From Pseudanabaena sp. (lineage in GTDB: Bacteria > Cyanobacteriota > Cyanobacteriia > Pseudanabaenales > Pseudanabaenaceae): a DNA stretch of 24,000 nt. Location of the stretch: contig JBDNJN010000282.1 in NCBI GenBank assembly GCA_041687725.1, positions 1 to 24,000 of the forward strand, read 5' to 3'. The notes under the pieces were generated by a model. The model saw nothing but the letters and a program-made list of their open reading frames with translations. It had not been told where the DNA came from and made no database searches. The stretch's first letter is position 1. Each line of letters opens with the position of its first letter. The translations under genes and the position numbers were made by a program. Below are positions 23,582 through 24,000 of this stretch, one piece after another.

Positions 23582-24000
23582 TTATACGGTTTGGCTTGCG
23601 TGATAGGAACTCCGAACCAAAGCACCTGATCGCACATGAGTAAACCCAATTTGCTTCGCGATCGCCCCTAATTGGTCAAACTCTTCAGGAGTCCAATATT
23701 TTAATACAGGCAAATGCTCAAGGGATGGACGTAAATATTGCCCAATCGTCAGTGAGCTACAACCGATCGCATCAAGATCCTGCATCGCCTCAGTTAGCTC
23801 CTCGACAGTTTCACCATGCCCCACCATTAGCCCCGACTTGGTAATAATGCGGGGATCGATCTCCTTGACCATCGCTAAAACCGACAGCGATCGCTCGTAT
23901 TTCGCGCCACGGCGGACTTTACCCTGCAAACGCTGCACAGTCTCAATATTGTGGTTATAGCAAACAGGTGTAGCCAAAGCCACTGTCTCAATGCAACGGC
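23582..24000 (-). CDS. lipA: Lipoyl synthase, C-terminal part (the gene continues beyond the right window edge)
   Basis: LipA-type sequence includes [45 protein letters not shown] and VRSSYHA. The reading frame stays open to position 24000. Confidence 0.9.
   Translation of the reverse strand, partial: RCIETVALATPVCYNHNIETVQRLQGKVRRGAKYERSLSVLAMVKEIDPRIITKSGLMVGHGETVEELTEAMQDLDAIGCSSLTIGQYLRPSLEHLPVLKYWTPEEFDQLGAIAKQIGFTHVRSGALVRSSYHASQTV

Noticed and set aside
20597-24000. lpdA, purK and lipA considered as a functional lipoate/E3 operon.
   Set aside because: lpdA and purK each end in a strong terminator. lipA is on the opposite strand behind another terminator. The proximity of E3 and lipoyl synthase may be coincidental.
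1-24000. CRISPR arrays, tRNA and rRNA genes, and long tandem repeats.
   Set aside because: No regularly spaced direct repeats were found. The frequent GCGATCGC palindromes are HIP1 sites, not CRISPR repeats. No cloverleaf-like sequence was seen in any intergenic region.

Overview
A cyanobacterial chromosomal segment. The octamer GCGATCGC (HIP1) is very frequent, and a phycobiliprotein lyase gene (cpcT) is present. Housekeeping genes (purH, lpdA, purK, a lipA fragment, cpcT) alternate with accessory DNA. Most gene junctions carry long perfect-palindrome terminators. The accessory content, from left to right, is as follows. (1) A 1046-aa single-chain nuclease-methyltransferase-specificity (R-M-S) restriction enzyme, whose second target-recognition domain is cut by an in-frame TAA. 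(2) A 764-bp IS30-family relic with intact terminal inverted repeats and a gutted transposase. (3) A lipoprotein solute-binding protein followed by a Cache-HAMP-PAS hybrid histidine kinase with a receiver and a pseudo-receiver. (4) An orphan AtzD/barbiturase-family ring-opening amidohydrolase. (5) A divergent ECF-like sigma factor with a membrane protein that ends in a SPOR-like domain. (6) An AT-rich, HIP1-free islet at about 18.0-20.6 kb. This islet is the most interesting item. It holds a DUF29 gene and a translationally coupled ABC/SMC-type ATPase plus DUF4435/TOPRIM pair, an architecture resembling PARIS (AriA/AriB) and split OLD nucleases. All family assignments come from motif reading by eye. 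No searches were run.
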